DNA of 64,000 bases from an uncultured delta proteobacterium (GTDB lineage: Bacteria; Myxococcota_A; Polyangia; Polyangiales; Polyangiaceae): positions 4,288,001 through 4,352,000 of the forward strand of contig CAWAIF010000003.1 of assembly GCA_963782055.1 (NCBI GenBank), in the 5' to 3' direction. Made by a program: the position numbers and the translations under genes. Each line of letters begins with the position of its first letter. The stretch's first letter is position 1. Below the pieces are notes generated by a model, which was not told where the DNA came from, did not search any database, and was given only the letters and a program-made list of their open reading frames with translations. Shown here piece by piece: positions 24,101-33,067 of the stretch.

Positions 24101-26525
24101 ACTTGCGCAGGTGGTCGAGTAGCTCGCGGTAGATCGCGGCACGCACGCGGTGCGACGCACTCCGCAGCACCGCCGGTGCAGCGGCGAACAGCTCGTCATC
24201 GGCGGCCAGCTCGTCGAGGCCCAGGTAGTCGACTTCGACCAGCTCGAGCTGCTCGAGGTTCGGGTTCGTGTAGCGCCAACCGCGACGCTGATCGAACCAG
24301 ACGCGATACGAGAGGACCTGCCGCAGGGTGCTCTCGGCTTCCTGTAGGTTGAAGCCCTTCAGCCCGGGTTCGAGCAGCCACTCGGTACGGATCTCCTGGG
24401 TCGCCCGGTCGAAGCCGAGCGACTTCTGCTGTGCGCCGCCGAGTTCGTCGCTGCGGAGCCCCTTTTCCCCGGCAATCTCGAGAGCGCCCAGGAACGCCGC
24501 GCGGATGAGGCTGACGAAGAGGAAGTCGTTGAAGTGGCCCGCCTGCAGCGCCGCGTCTTGCCGATTGTCTGTGAAGCCGAGGAGCTTGCGCGTGTGCGGC
24601 TCGAGCCCCGAGTCGGAGCCGTGCATCCAGCGCAGAGCGCTGCCGACGAGCACGGTGGTCGCCGAGCTTCGGCCTTCCGCCGACAGCGACGCCAGCCGGT
24701 TGCGATCACGGGCGGCGCCGCCCTGCGTCGCCCCGCAGCGCAGGCAAAAGCGAAATTTGCCGGGCAGGAACCACGCTTTGGTACCCGCACCGAGCTTACC
24801 GTTCGGAGCGACCGTCACCGAGCGGGCACGCGCTCCCCGGTAGTGAGCTTTGAGGCGGGGATTGCCGCCGGAGTCGTATTCGAGCCAGGTCTCTGGATAG
24901 TCGTCGTCGCGATCCGCGAACGAGAAGTCGGCGTCACGAGCGTGCGGAGTGAGGAAACCGAAGACCTCGCGGTCGGCCGCGTCGTCCGTATCGTCGCCAG
25001 CGCTCTCGTCGTCGTCGTCCGCGCGCGCCGGCGCGGCGTCATCGATGTCGCGTGCGAGGAAGCTCCGGTCGCCGCCGTCGTTGACGAAGCGCACCGGGTG
25101 ATATTCATGGCCGCAGTCACGGCAAAAGTGCACCGAGTAGAGACGCTTATCGGGTTCGCCCGGCAGGAACTGCTGTCCGTCGACGGTCGCCGTGCGCTGG
25201 CCGGGCGCCTCGAGCGTGGCGTACGCATGCCCGGCGCCGGAGATGAACTGGTGCAGCTTGAAGGCGAAAAAGCTGCGCTCGCTCGCGTCCGGTGAGCTGG
25301 TGCGCTCGCGCTCGGGGATGCTCGAAATGAGCAAGAGCGAGCGGAGCGCTGTGCGACAGGCGGAGACGTCGCGGCCGGCGTCGTCGCTGAGAGCGCGGGC
25401 GGCCTCCTCGACGGTAAGCGGGCGAGCGCGCACCCAGCGCTGGTCAACTTCGGACCACGACACGCCGAGACGTGTCTCGACCCAAATGGTCAACGGATGC
25501 GTACGCAGCGCGGCATCCGTGATGGTCGACGAGAGCCCCGTGTCGATCGCCGGACCGAGCGCCTTGCGCACCGAGATCGCGTTCTGCGCGGAGTCGGTCA
25601 CGCGCTCGAGCGTTTCGACGATGACGTTGCTCTCGGGTATCTCTATCGAGAAGAGCTTTGAGGCCACGCGCGCGACGACGCGCCCCTTGTCCTCGAGCGA
25701 ACCCTCGCTGGCCATGGTGGCGGAGGTGCCGATGCATTGGAGCTTCTCGGGCGACAGACGCTCGCGAACGCGGCGAACGAGGAGCGCAACGTCAGCGCCC
25801 TGGCGACCGCGATAGGTGTGCAGCTCGTCGAGCACGAGGAAGCGAAGCCCCGCGCAGTTCCCGATGACCTTGCGATCCAGCTCATCCTGCCGGGTCATCA
25901 GGAGTTCGAGCATCATGAAGTTGGTCAGGAGAATATCGGGCGGGTTCTCGGAGATCCGACGACGCTCCTCCGTGTCCTCCTGCCCCGTGTAGCGGGCAAA
26001 CGTGACGGGCTTCTCCCCGGTCACGTTCTTGATGAACTTATCGAGCTCCTCGAGCTGGCTGTTGGCCAGCGCATTCATCGGATAGATGATGATCGCTCGC
26101 GTCCGCGGCGCGGTTCGCGTGCGTTTCTCGGCGAGCACGGCGTTCACGATCGGGATGAAGAAGCAGAGCGACTTGCCCGAGCCGGTTCCCGTGGTGACGA
26201 CGTAGCTCTCGCCCTGCGACGCGAGCGCGATTGCCTGCTCCTGGTGCTTGTAGAGCGAGAGCGGCGCGCCGCCGGCCCCAAATATTTCGGCCGTCCTCGG
26301 CTCGAGCGCGCCGCCCGTGATGAGGCTCGCGAGATTGGCGCCACGCTTGTAGCTGGGGTTGATCTGGATGAGCGGCTCTGGCCAGAAGCGGCCCTCGGCG
26401 TAGATCGCTTCGACCTGCTGGCGGATGTCCTCCGCATGGATAGTGGTGAAGGACGTCGCGAACTTCCGGTACTCGCCGACGACCGTGTCGCGCAACGAGA
26501 AGACGTCCATCCACTTTGCGCTCAT
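21186..26525 (-). CDS. YprA/DrmA-type DEAD/DEAH helicase fused to DUF1998 Zn domain
   Basis: TGTGSGKS, YPMNALANSQ, DELHTY, TSAT, FTDNRQDAA, TMELGVDI, QRSGRAGR; DUF1998 LYEATEGGAG...CVAACYRCL. Confidence 0.92.
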   Translation of the reverse strand: MSAKWMDVFSLRDTVVGEYRKFATSFTTIHAEDIRQQVEAIYAEGRFWPEPLIQINPSYKRGANLASLITGGALEPRTAEIFGAGGAPLSLYKHQEQAIALASQGESYVVTTGTGSGKSLCFFIPIVNAVLAEKRTRTAPRTRAIIIYPMNALANSQLEELDKFIKNVTGEKPVTFARYTGQEDTEERRRISENPPDILLTNFMMLELLMTRQDELDRKVIGNCAGLRFLVLDELHTYRGRQGADVALLVRRVRERLSPEKLQCIGTSATMASEGSLEDKGRVVARVASKLFSIEIPESNVIVETLERVTDSAQNAISVRKALGPAIDTGLSSTITDAALRTHPLTIWVETRLGVSWSEVDQRWVRARPLTVEEAARALSDDAGRDVSACRTALRSLLLISSIPERERTSSPDASERSFFAFKLHQFISGAGHAYATLEAPGQRTATVDGQQFLPGEPDKRLYSVHFCRDCGHEYHPVRFVNDGGDRSFLARDIDDAAPARADDDDESAGDDTDDAADREVFGFLTPHARDADFSFADRDDDYPETWLEYDSGGNPRLKAHYRGARARSVTVAPNGKLGAGTKAWFLPGKFRFCLRCGATQGGAARDRNRLASLSAEGRSSATTVLVGSALRWMHGSDSGLEPHTRKLLGFTDNRQDAALQAGHFNDFLFVSLIRAAFLGALEIAGEKGLRSDELGGAQQKSLGFDRATQEIRTEWLLEPGLKGFNLQEAESTLRQVLSYRVWFDQRRGWRYTNPNLEQLELVEVDYLGLDELAADDELFAAAPAVLRSASHRVRAAIYRELLDHLRKWMAIRSQVLEPTSIEQIVAKSHSRLRAPWGFGIDEKPSRARWLMITPPSRRDTTLRDEDLIVRGGSRSALGKLLRASTSPSGRKLWDDSTAVRALKSKEFDALIEALLRAASTHGLISEEVTPFSNQTGWRLNDACVLFKKGTPTIDPKHPNESAFFRDFYANLARLLRDPVHPLFGFEAREHTAQVDGEKRAVREKRFRYGGKEREELAADEKHLREIGEANRFLPVLFCSPTMELGVDISALNAVYLRNVPPTPANYAQRSGRAGRSGQAALVLTYCSSQGPHDQYFFRDPKGMVHGEVRPPLLDLANRDLVESHLSAVWLACTEEPLDPSIAELLVLAEPTRPLKPEVRAPMSTARAAEEAVRRIRRVLDLLEDDLREELAPWYPGRDEFATEVVAQAVNRFDKAFSRWRDLFLAAEQQRDAAHRTESDYSAPPAEKKAAKSRYLQARDQLELLQKGTSSQSNDFYTYRYLATEGFLPGYNFPRLPLMAYVPATNDGRGRQTYLQRPRFLALSEFGPRSLVYHEGRAYRVVRALLSLSHQGSATPDTRLPTKSVRICKGCGAGHFNDQASMCHACGASLGDAEIVNHVYRIENVATQPAERITANDEERQRQGYELQTTFEWAVRDHVVDVRRGAAADAEGEILRLAYGPGATITRLNKGLRRRANRTQFGFNIDPVSGYWAKNEDESDEPIDPTASPRQWIVPSVQDRKNALLLQPTGQELSQSTLATVQHALLRGIEAVFQLEEGEILAEPMPTRDERSGFLLYEATEGGAGVLTRLVAEPERLAEVAREALSIMHFAVTDDASLPADPHDLVDAPDTACVAACYRCLMSYFNQPDHERIDRRDADAKSLLLRLARSATTGLDAPPVSRRSSRPRPAGADDSLVRFLDLARSRELPSSDAEPLVVGEVHVPLVWRSHYVAALVEALLPDVASQLEDKGFEVITFGGDEAAWTNSLDRLAKALGRPA

Positions 26526-26734
26526 TTCTTCCCCCCTCGTCGCACGTGCACTTCGTCTGCGCTTTCGACACCACCCGCGCGCACCCAGGTGTCGACCTCG
26601 GTGAGCTTGAACTTCCAGAGGCGACCGATCTTGTGCGCCGGCAGACCGCGGTGCTCGATCCAGCGGTAGATGGAGTCTTTCACGACGCCGAGATGCTTCG
26701 CGACGTCTTCGACCGAGACCCAAGGCTCTGTCAT
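26522..26734 (-). CDS. Excisionase/BldC-like (MerR-type HTH_17) DNA-binding protein
   Basis: WVSVEDVAKHLGVVKDSIYRWIEHRGLPAHKIGRLWKF; ATGA overlap with the helicase gene. Confidence 0.88.
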   Translation of the reverse strand: MTEPWVSVEDVAKHLGVVKDSIYRWIEHRGLPAHKIGRLWKFKLTEVDTWVRAGGVESADEVHVRRGGKK

Positions 26735-26785
26735 TGCGGTCGTTCCTTGCAGGGTGGCCGGGGCAGAGGCTCGCATGAGCGCCTC

Positions 26786-26814
26786 AGCCTATCGGCCTGC
26801 GCGAGGGTCGACAA
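26786..26814 (-). promoter_or_regulatory. Putative sigma70-type promoter of the defence operon
   Basis: Minus strand TTGTCG-N17-TAGGCT. Confidence 0.6.
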
Positions 26815-26860
26815 GAGCCAGCTAAAGTCGGCCAAAGTCGGTAACAGTCGGCGATAGCTT
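26801..26860. repeat. 10-bp-period direct repeats (core AGTCG) abutting the -35
   Basis: gcgagggtcg/acaagagcca/gctaaagtcg/gccaaagtcg/gtaacagtcg/gcgatagctt. Confidence 0.7.
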
Positions 26861-26978
26861 CGCGGAAGCCCGCTCGTTCGACCGCTTGACCACTATGGCG
26901 CGCACGAGCGCGGAGCGAGCTGTCGAACTGCGCGCGATGCTCGGCTGCGACCGGCCGTGTCGCAGCAACGGGGCGACG

Positions 26979-27410
26979 CTACCTGGCCGCCGGCAGCCCG
27001 CGCGCGAAGCGCCGTCGCTGATCGCGCCAGTCAGCCACGCGCACGAGCGCTCGCAGCCCTCGCTCGGAGGCGCGATCACGACCGGCAACCACCTCCGCGA
27101 ACAGGACCTCTTCCTGGATTGCGGGCGCGAGCAGCGTCAGGTCGATCAGCTGCGTCATCCGCGCCCGCGTGAACCCGAGCACGCGCGCGGCGTCGGCCTG
27201 GTCGGCGAACATCCGCTCGTCAATCAGCCGGACGATCTCGTGCGCGAGTGCCAGCATCCTCGCGACCGCGAGCGGCCTCGGCGTCGCCGTGGGGCGATCG
27301 GCGACGGGCGAGCGCGATAGACCGACGGCCCGGCCGCGACGCCGGAAGAACGACGCCTGGACCACGACGTCCCCATCCGCCGGTCGCACCGCCGCTCCTC
27401 CGCCCCCCAT
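26979..27410 (-). CDS. HTH-containing accessory protein of serine-recombinase modules
   Basis: ARMLALAH...ADAARVLGFTRARMTQLIDLTLLAPAIQEEVL; coupled to the recombinase stop codon. Confidence 0.7.
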   Translation of the reverse strand: MGGGGAAVRPADGDVVVQASFFRRRGRAVGLSRSPVADRPTATPRPLAVARMLALAHEIVRLIDERMFADQADAARVLGFTRARMTQLIDLTLLAPAIQEEVLFAEVVAGRDRASERGLRALVRVADWRDQRRRFARGLPAAR

Positions 27411-28942
27411 CAGATCGCCTCCGCCACTGGTACGCGCGCCGGCTTCGCTTTCGCTCCGACGAGCGCGATGCGCACCTGCTCACGCTCCGCGTCGAGCACC
27501 ACCTCGTCGACGACGGCGTGCACGAGCACCACGCGGTTGGCATCCGTCAGCGCGTCCCACATCGCGTCGAAGCGACCGAGCGCGCGCTCAATCCAAGCCG
27601 CGTCGGCCTCGAGCCCGACGAGTCCGCGGAGCTCTCGCTGCACGTCGGCGAGGCGGGCCTGCTGGGCCGCGACGATCCCCGCCTCCTCGTCGACCCGGCG
27701 CCTCAAGACCGCCTTGGCAGCCTCGGGCGCCTCCGGCAGCGCGAGCGCGAAGCTGTGCACGCGCGATGAAGCCTCGCCGAGGGTCTTCGGCAGAGTGTCC
27801 GCCTCGTGGGTCAGGACCTCCCGCCGCAAGTCGATCCTCCCCTGCAACGCAGCGCAGACCCGTCCGGCGAAGTCGGGCGTTCGCGCGTTCTCACGAAGCA
27901 CGTCGACGACGAGGCTCTCGACCTGCTCCAACGGCAGCCGCGTTCGAGCGGTGCACTTGTCCGTACCCTTCTTCTGCGCGGTCTCGCACCGCAAGTAGCG
28001 ATACGTGCGGCGCCCACGCCGCGCGTACTCCACGATCATCTTCGCGCGACATCCCGCGCACCGGGCAAGCCCCCGGAGGATACTGTCTCCCTCGCCGCGG
28101 CGATTCAGCGCCGGCGCCGAACGGTTGATGAGGCCTTGCACCCGATCGAACGTCGCGACGTCGAGGACTGCGGCGTGCTCACCGGGGAAGCGCTCGTCTT
28201 CGTGGCGCGTGTAGCCCGCGTAGATGGGGTTCTTCAGCACTCGGAGCACCGCGTCCTTCGTCCATCGGCGCTGCTTCTTCGTCGTCACACCGACACCGTT
28301 CAGCTCGTCGATGATCCTCAGGATCGAGCGGTGCGCCTCGTAGAGCGCGAAGATCTGCCGAACCACGCGCGCCTCGGCGTCATCGACCGCGAGCTTGCCC
28401 TCGACGATTTGGTAGCCGATAGGAACGGGTCCGCCGGTCCACTTCCCCTTGCGGCGGGCGGCGACCACCTTGTCGCGCGTGCGCTCGGCGATCATCGATC
28501 GCTCAAATTCGGCAAAACTGATCAACATGTTCAGCGTGAGCCGTCCCATCGCGTCGGCGGTGCTGAAGTTCTGGGTGACGCTCACGAACGCGGCCTTCGC
28601 GCGATCGAAGCGGTCCATCAGCTTGGCAAAGTCGAGCAACGATCGGCTGAGGCGATCGACCTTGTAGACGACGACGATGTCGATCTTGCCGGCGTCGACG
28701 TCCTCGAGCAGCCTCTGGAAAGCAGGCCGCTCGATGTTCGCGCCGGTGAAGCCGCCGTCGTCGTACCGATCGTCGACGACCGTCCAGCCCTCCTGCCGAG
28801 CGATGTATGCGAGGCAGGCCTCGCGTTGCGCGTCGAGCGAATTGAAGTCCATCTCGAGCCCCGCCGACGTCGACTTGCGCGTGTAGATCGCGCATCGCTT
28901 CTGCGTCGTCGCGTCGGCGGCGGCTCGCGTCATCCGGCTCAT
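27410..28942 (-). CDS. Large serine recombinase (resolvase + recombinase + Zn ribbon + coiled coil)
   Basis: CAIYTRKS (catalytic Ser), VYKVDRLSRS, FAEFERSMIAERTRDK, LKNPIYAG, CAGC...YLRC. Confidence 0.93.
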   Translation of the reverse strand: MSRMTRAAADATTQKRCAIYTRKSTSAGLEMDFNSLDAQREACLAYIARQEGWTVVDDRYDDGGFTGANIERPAFQRLLEDVDAGKIDIVVVYKVDRLSRSLLDFAKLMDRFDRAKAAFVSVTQNFSTADAMGRLTLNMLISFAEFERSMIAERTRDKVVAARRKGKWTGGPVPIGYQIVEGKLAVDDAEARVVRQIFALYEAHRSILRIIDELNGVGVTTKKQRRWTKDAVLRVLKNPIYAGYTRHEDERFPGEHAAVLDVATFDRVQGLINRSAPALNRRGEGDSILRGLARCAGCRAKMIVEYARRGRRTYRYLRCETAQKKGTDKCTARTRLPLEQVESLVVDVLRENARTPDFAGRVCAALQGRIDLRREVLTHEADTLPKTLGEASSRVHSFALALPEAPEAAKAVLRRRVDEEAGIVAAQQARLADVQRELRGLVGLEADAAWIERALGRFDAMWDALTDANRVVLVHAVVDEVVLDAEREQVRIALVGAKAKPARVPVAEAI

Positions 28943-29115
28943 CGCGGAGCTTCCTTCGACTCGGTGCCGACGTGCGGATCAGCATTCCGCTCGAGCACGA
29001 CCACGAGTCGCTCGAGGAGGTCGGCGATGCGCGCGAGGTTGCGCGTGAGCTCGGGCACCGTGTGATCGTAGAATCGGTGCCCCATCTGCGTGCGGTAGAA
29101 CGGGACGTCGCTCAT
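28939..29115 (-). CDS. Small hypothetical protein
   Basis: MSDVPFYRTQMGHRFYDHTVPEL; ATGA overlaps on both sides. Confidence 0.65.
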   Translation of the reverse strand: MSDVPFYRTQMGHRFYDHTVPELTRNLARIADLLERLVVVLERNADPHVGTESKEAPR

Positions 29116-29663
29116 CCCGCCCCCCACGGCTTCGTGAGCCCGAAGAAGGTGAAGCCGTTCCAGCTCGTTCCGGTGATCAGCCGCGCCACCTTCGAGAGGC
29201 TGTCGTGGCGTTGCCCGCGGAAGACGAAGCCGTCGTCGTCGACGGCGACGACGTGAACGGTCTTGCCGAACTGTCGCCGCAGCGTGGTCCCCGCCGGCGG
29301 GAGTCGCGGGTCGCGCTTTGCTGACGCGTCGACGCCCGGCGCAGGCGGCTCCGCCGCCGCTAGCCTCGCGACGAGCACCTCCTTGGAGACGGGGAAGCCC
29401 CGCCGCCGAATCGGCGCATCGACGACGAGCTCCCGGATGCGTGCCTTCGCGCGCTCGGAGAGACCGCCGTACGCCATCTCCTGGAGCCGGTAGGCGATCC
29501 GCTTCCGCAGGTACGGACCGTTGTGGGACCGAGAGTCCTCCTTGAAGACGTCACGGTACCTCGCTCGCAGCGCAGGAACGTTCATCGACTCCAGCGCGAT
29601 GACTGCTTCCTGCACGTTGTCGGGGACCATTTCTTTTGCCACTGCGACGTTGCTGTTCGTCAT
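29112..29663 (-). CDS. DUF2924 domain protein
   Basis: LRKRIAYRLQE.AYGGLS, GTTLRRQF, SLSKVARLITGTSWNGFTFFGL. Confidence 0.88.
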   Translation of the reverse strand: MTNSNVAVAKEMVPDNVQEAVIALESMNVPALRARYRDVFKEDSRSHNGPYLRKRIAYRLQEMAYGGLSERAKARIRELVVDAPIRRRGFPVSKEVLVARLAAAEPPAPGVDASAKRDPRLPPAGTTLRRQFGKTVHVVAVDDDGFVFRGQRHDSLSKVARLITGTSWNGFTFFGLTKPWGAG

Positions 29664-29666
29664 CGA

Positions 29667-29945
29667 TCACCTCACCGCCGGGCTCTCGTCCCGGCTGGTA
29701 GACACAGCCCCAGACCCGCCCCGGCCAGCAACTGAATCTCGACTTCCCGATGTCTGCGCGTGTGCTTCCGCGCCGGCGCGCGCCTCCTTCTCCCGTGCAA
29801 CCAGCGCCGCGAGCCGCTCCCGGAGGAGCAGCGTCAGCAGCCCGTCCGCTACGATCTCTGCAGCGAGCTTCTGCCGCCGTGCGACGTCAGCGTCGTCCTC
29901 TCCAACGCCGGGCCTCTCGGGCCTCGACGCTGATGTGAGGCTCAT
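29667..29945 (-). CDS. Small hypothetical protein
   Basis: MSLTSASR... with ATGA overlap to the upstream gene; fills the operon gap. Confidence 0.5.
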   Translation of the reverse strand: MSLTSASRPERPGVGEDDADVARRQKLAAEIVADGLLTLLLRERLAALVAREKEARAGAEAHAQTSGSRDSVAGRGGSGAVSTSRDESPAVR

Positions 29946-30697
29946 GCGAACGGGTCGACCTCCGCCTGCGAGGACGCTTCGCCCTCGTACTTGGCGAGCA
30001 CAGCCTTCGCCCGCGCGACCTGCGCGCCCTTGAGATCCCGGACTCGCTGCACGCCGAGCTCCGCGAGGATCGCGTCGACGTCGGCGCGAGGCAGCGCCTT
30101 CATCCGCGCGACGAGCTCCGTCGCGACCGCCGCGTCGATCGGCCGCTCGCTCCCCGGTGACGCGCCACCGGTCGCCGGCTTTGCCGCGTCGTCGCTGTCT
30201 CCCGCGCCGCCCACGGCGGCCTCGAGATCGTGCGCTGCCGCGCCGGTGATCTGCTGGCGCAGGGCCGCATCGATCTTCTCCTCGGGCAGGATGGTGTACT
30301 TCGTCTTCGGATCGCCGGCCTCGCCGTGGCGCTCGATCTCGAAGCTCCACTTGTCGAGCCCGTACTTGTCGCGGACCTTGAGCACGTCCTTGAACCACTG
30401 CGTGCCGCCCTCGATCACCTTCATCGCGCCCTCGGCGAGCACGAAGAAGTTGATCGCGACGCGGAGGCTCGGCCGCTTGCCGTCCGCCTGATGCGCAGGG
30501 TTCTTCGCGTCGAACGTCTCGTAGCGCTCGCCCGTCCACACGACCTCACGGGCGTGCGGCTCACCGCAGAAGATCCCCGTCACCTTGTCGCCGTTGCTCG
30601 CGAGGCGGACGAAGATCCCTCCCGCGCTCGCATGCTTCTCCGCCAGCCCCTTCGCCGTTTCCCAAGCAGTCGTCATGTTGGTCGTCCTTTCGGTCAT
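29942..30697 (-). CDS. Putative phage-type (gp32-like) ssDNA-binding protein
   Basis: GIFVRL..NGDKV, beta-rich core, IERHGEAGDPKTKYTI, SSB-like acidic/aromatic tail EVDPFA. Confidence 0.55.
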   Translation of the reverse strand: MTERTTNMTTAWETAKGLAEKHASAGGIFVRLASNGDKVTGIFCGEPHAREVVWTGERYETFDAKNPAHQADGKRPSLRVAINFFVLAEGAMKVIEGGTQWFKDVLKVRDKYGLDKWSFEIERHGEAGDPKTKYTILPEEKIDAALRQQITGAAAHDLEAAVGGAGDSDDAAKPATGGASPGSERPIDAAVATELVARMKALPRADVDAILAELGVQRVRDLKGAQVARAKAVLAKYEGEASSQAEVDPFA

Positions 30698-30936
30698 CGG
30701 GTGATCTCGTTCGTTCTGTCGATCTCGTTGAGGAGCGCGCGAAGTGCCGCGCGCCCTTTCGCCGCCCGTGGTCGCGCCACCTCGGGCAGGCGCGCGCGGA
30801 GCACGTCGCTGAGGCCACGCGCGATCGCGGTCTCGATCGCGGGGTCGGTGTCGTACATCTCGAAGACGCCGAGCAGCGTCAGCGTCACATCGCGAAACAC
30901 CTTGCGCAGCGCGTCCCGCTCCTCTTGCGTCGTCAT
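30694..30936 (-). CDS. Small hypothetical protein
   Basis: 80-aa ORF with GAGGAG RBS and ATGA overlap. Confidence 0.6.
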   Translation of the reverse strand: MTTQEERDALRKVFRDVTLTLLGVFEMYDTDPAIETAIARGLSDVLRARLPEVARPRAAKGRAALRALLNEIDRTNEITR

Positions 30937-30954
30937 CGTTCGCTCCTCGCGGCG

Positions 30955-31785
30955 TCAGTGAGCCGCGCTCTGCATCCGCAAAGCGGGTCCGCCGAGCGGA
31001 AGGGACACGCCCTCGCCGAGGAGCGGACGCAGCTTCTCGAGCGTGCGCAGGCGCTCGCGCTTCACGCGCTGGTAGACGAGCTCCCGGGCGTCGTCCGCGA
31101 GGTCGCCATAGTGACGGGCGACGTAGTCACGAAGGCGCTCGCCGTGGAGGTACGTCGCGATGACGACCTCGAGCTTCGCCGGTGCGATCCGATCGCCGAC
31201 GCGCGCCACGAGAAGCTCGATGAGCTCCTCGCGCTCGTCGTCGTCGAGCGCCTGCTCGTTCGCCCCCGACGCGAAGAGGTCGAACTCCTCCACCGCGAGC
31301 GCTTCCTCCTCGAGGACGGTGAGACGCAGGCGTGCCTGCTGCTCCGCGCGCAGGCGGCGAAAGACGGCGCGCTGCGTGTCCTGCCGCAGGTACATCGCGA
31401 TGCGCGTCGGTCGAGCGTCGAGCGGGAAGCGTCCGACGGCCTCGAAGAAGGCCTCGAACGCCATCTGGTCCAGGTCGTCGCGGCCGAACGCATCGCCGCA
31501 GATCCGACCACGGAGGCGGAGCAGCATCGGTGCGTACGCGATGAGGAGCACGCCGGCCCAGAGAGGGCCCGGCCTCTCCTGCTGTTCGCGGACGAGCGCG
31601 CGCGTCAGCGCCTCTCGCTCCGCGTAGCGTCTCTCGGACTCGTCGTTCATCACGGCGAGGATCGAGAGGATGGAGGCGTGAGCCGCGAGCGTTGGCTCCC
31701 GAGCACGCGCCTCCTCGAACGTGTTCTCGTGCTTGATCGACATGACTTCGTCCCGCAAGGGATTCCTCAGCTGCCTCAGACTCAT
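30955..31785 (-). CDS. Sigma-factor-like protein (region 2-like and C-terminal HTH-like segments)
   Basis: YAPML.RL...DDLDQMAFEAFFEAVGRF...IAMYLRQ; C-terminal helical segment ending YQRVKRERLRTLEKLR. Confidence 0.55.
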   Translation of the reverse strand: MSLRQLRNPLRDEVMSIKHENTFEEARAREPTLAAHASILSILAVMNDESERRYAEREALTRALVREQQERPGPLWAGVLLIAYAPMLLRLRGRICGDAFGRDDLDQMAFEAFFEAVGRFPLDARPTRIAMYLRQDTQRAVFRRLRAEQQARLRLTVLEEEALAVEEFDLFASGANEQALDDDEREELIELLVARVGDRIAPAKLEVVIATYLHGERLRDYVARHYGDLADDARELVYQRVKRERLRTLEKLRPLLGEGVSLPLGGPALRMQSAAH

Positions 31786-31923
31786 GGCTCCTCCGCCGGC
31801 GGCGGGACCCGGAGCGCGCGCGACCACGACCCGAAGGCGCGTGGGGCGGCGCGCGCCGGGCTTCGGGAGCCTCTGGCCGCATCCGCAGTTACTGGTTGTC
31901 GTTGACCCGAGCGCGCGCGGCGC

Positions 31924-32133
31924 TCAGGCAGCCCTCCCGCTGGCCGTGGGCGAAGCGCCCTGCGGACAAACGGTCTCGTTGCTCTCGGCGCACCGGCGGC
32001 AGATGGCCTTCACCGGGCCGGTCACCACGTACTGCGCGGTCTTGTACTTGAGGTGGAGGCGTCCCTTGCGCTCCACGCCGAGGAGCGTCCCGCACTTGCG
32101 GCACCGCCACTCCTTGTCGCCTTGCTCGTCCAT
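31924..32133 (-). CDS. Com-like zinc-ribbon protein
   Basis: EWRCRKCGTLLG...AICRRCAESN; GAGGAG RBS. Confidence 0.7.
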   Translation of the reverse strand: MDEQGDKEWRCRKCGTLLGVERKGRLHLKYKTAQYVVTGPVKAICRRCAESNETVCPQGASPTASGRAA

Positions 32134-32362
32134 CGCTGGTCTCCTCGCGGCGGCGTTGTTGCCGTCGACGAGAGGCAGTCTCCGGATCGGGAGGGACGAC
32201 GGAGGGTGATGGGAGGGCGAAGCGAGGACGCGCTACAATCTCACTTCGGCAGCTTTTACCGTGGAGTTCTAGGCGGTTCCACGCGTCGTTGCCCGAGGCA
32301 ACAGACCGGCAACCAGACCGACCCTTGCGCGGGTGCCTGCGGCGACACATCTATTGACGTGC

Positions 32363-33067
32363 GTGATTGAGCTTACCCCTTTTCGTGACCGCCTGCGGGA
32401 GATCCTGGCGGAGAAGCATCCTGGCGAGGGCGCCCAAGCCTGGCTCGCGAGGGCCTCGGGCGCGGAGCGATCGACGATCTCGCGCATCCTCCAGGGCCGC
32501 GTGCCGTCGCGCGAGACGCTCGATCTGATCGCTCCCGTACTCGGGATCACGGTCGACGAGCTCGTCGACGGGACGGAGGCGGCGGCGAAGACAAAGATGG
32601 GGCCCGAGTTCGTTCCGAACGAGCACTACACGGGCGCCGTCGCGAAGATGCTGGAGTTCGAGCGACGCGCCAACGACGCCGAGGCGCTTGCGCGCCAACA
32701 CGCGCGCACTGGCGCCGAGGAGCTCGAGCGTCGTCATCGCGCGGAAGACCAAGTGGCGTCGCTCGAGCGCGATAACCGCGAGATTCGCGATGACGTCGCG
32801 AAGGGTCAGAGCGAGATCTCGCATCTGCACCACCGCGTTCGCCGCCGAACGGAAGCGCTCGAGAAAGCGGTGAAGGAGCTGAACGAACTTCGCGCGCGCG
32901 TCGCCGAGCTGAGGGCGATCGCGGAGGACGGACAGAAGACGGGGCGCATCGCCGCCATCCTGGCTGCCGTCGCCGCCTTCACTGGCGTCGTTACTGTCGC
33001 GACCTACCTCGGGAGAGACGATGACGACGATGAGGATGACAAAGACGCCGAAGGGAGCGCGAAGTGA
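32363..33067 (+). CDS. XRE-family HTH - coiled coil - transmembrane helix protein
   Basis: QAWLARASGAERSTISRILQGR.PSRETL; heptad-rich middle; IAAILAAVAAFTGVVTVATYL followed by an acidic tail. Confidence 0.8.
   Translation: MIELTPFRDRLREILAEKHPGEGAQAWLARASGAERSTISRILQGRVPSRETLDLIAPVLGITVDELVDGTEAAAKTKMGPEFVPNEHYTGAVAKMLEFERRANDAEALARQHARTGAEELERRHRAEDQVASLERDNREIRDDVAKGQSEISHLHHRVRRRTEALEKAVKELNELRARVAELRAIAEDGQKTGRIAAILAAVAAFTGVVTVATYLGRDDDDDEDDKDAEGSAK

Noticed and set aside
29942..32133. Intact prophage
   Set aside because: No terminase, capsid, tail or lysis genes in the window
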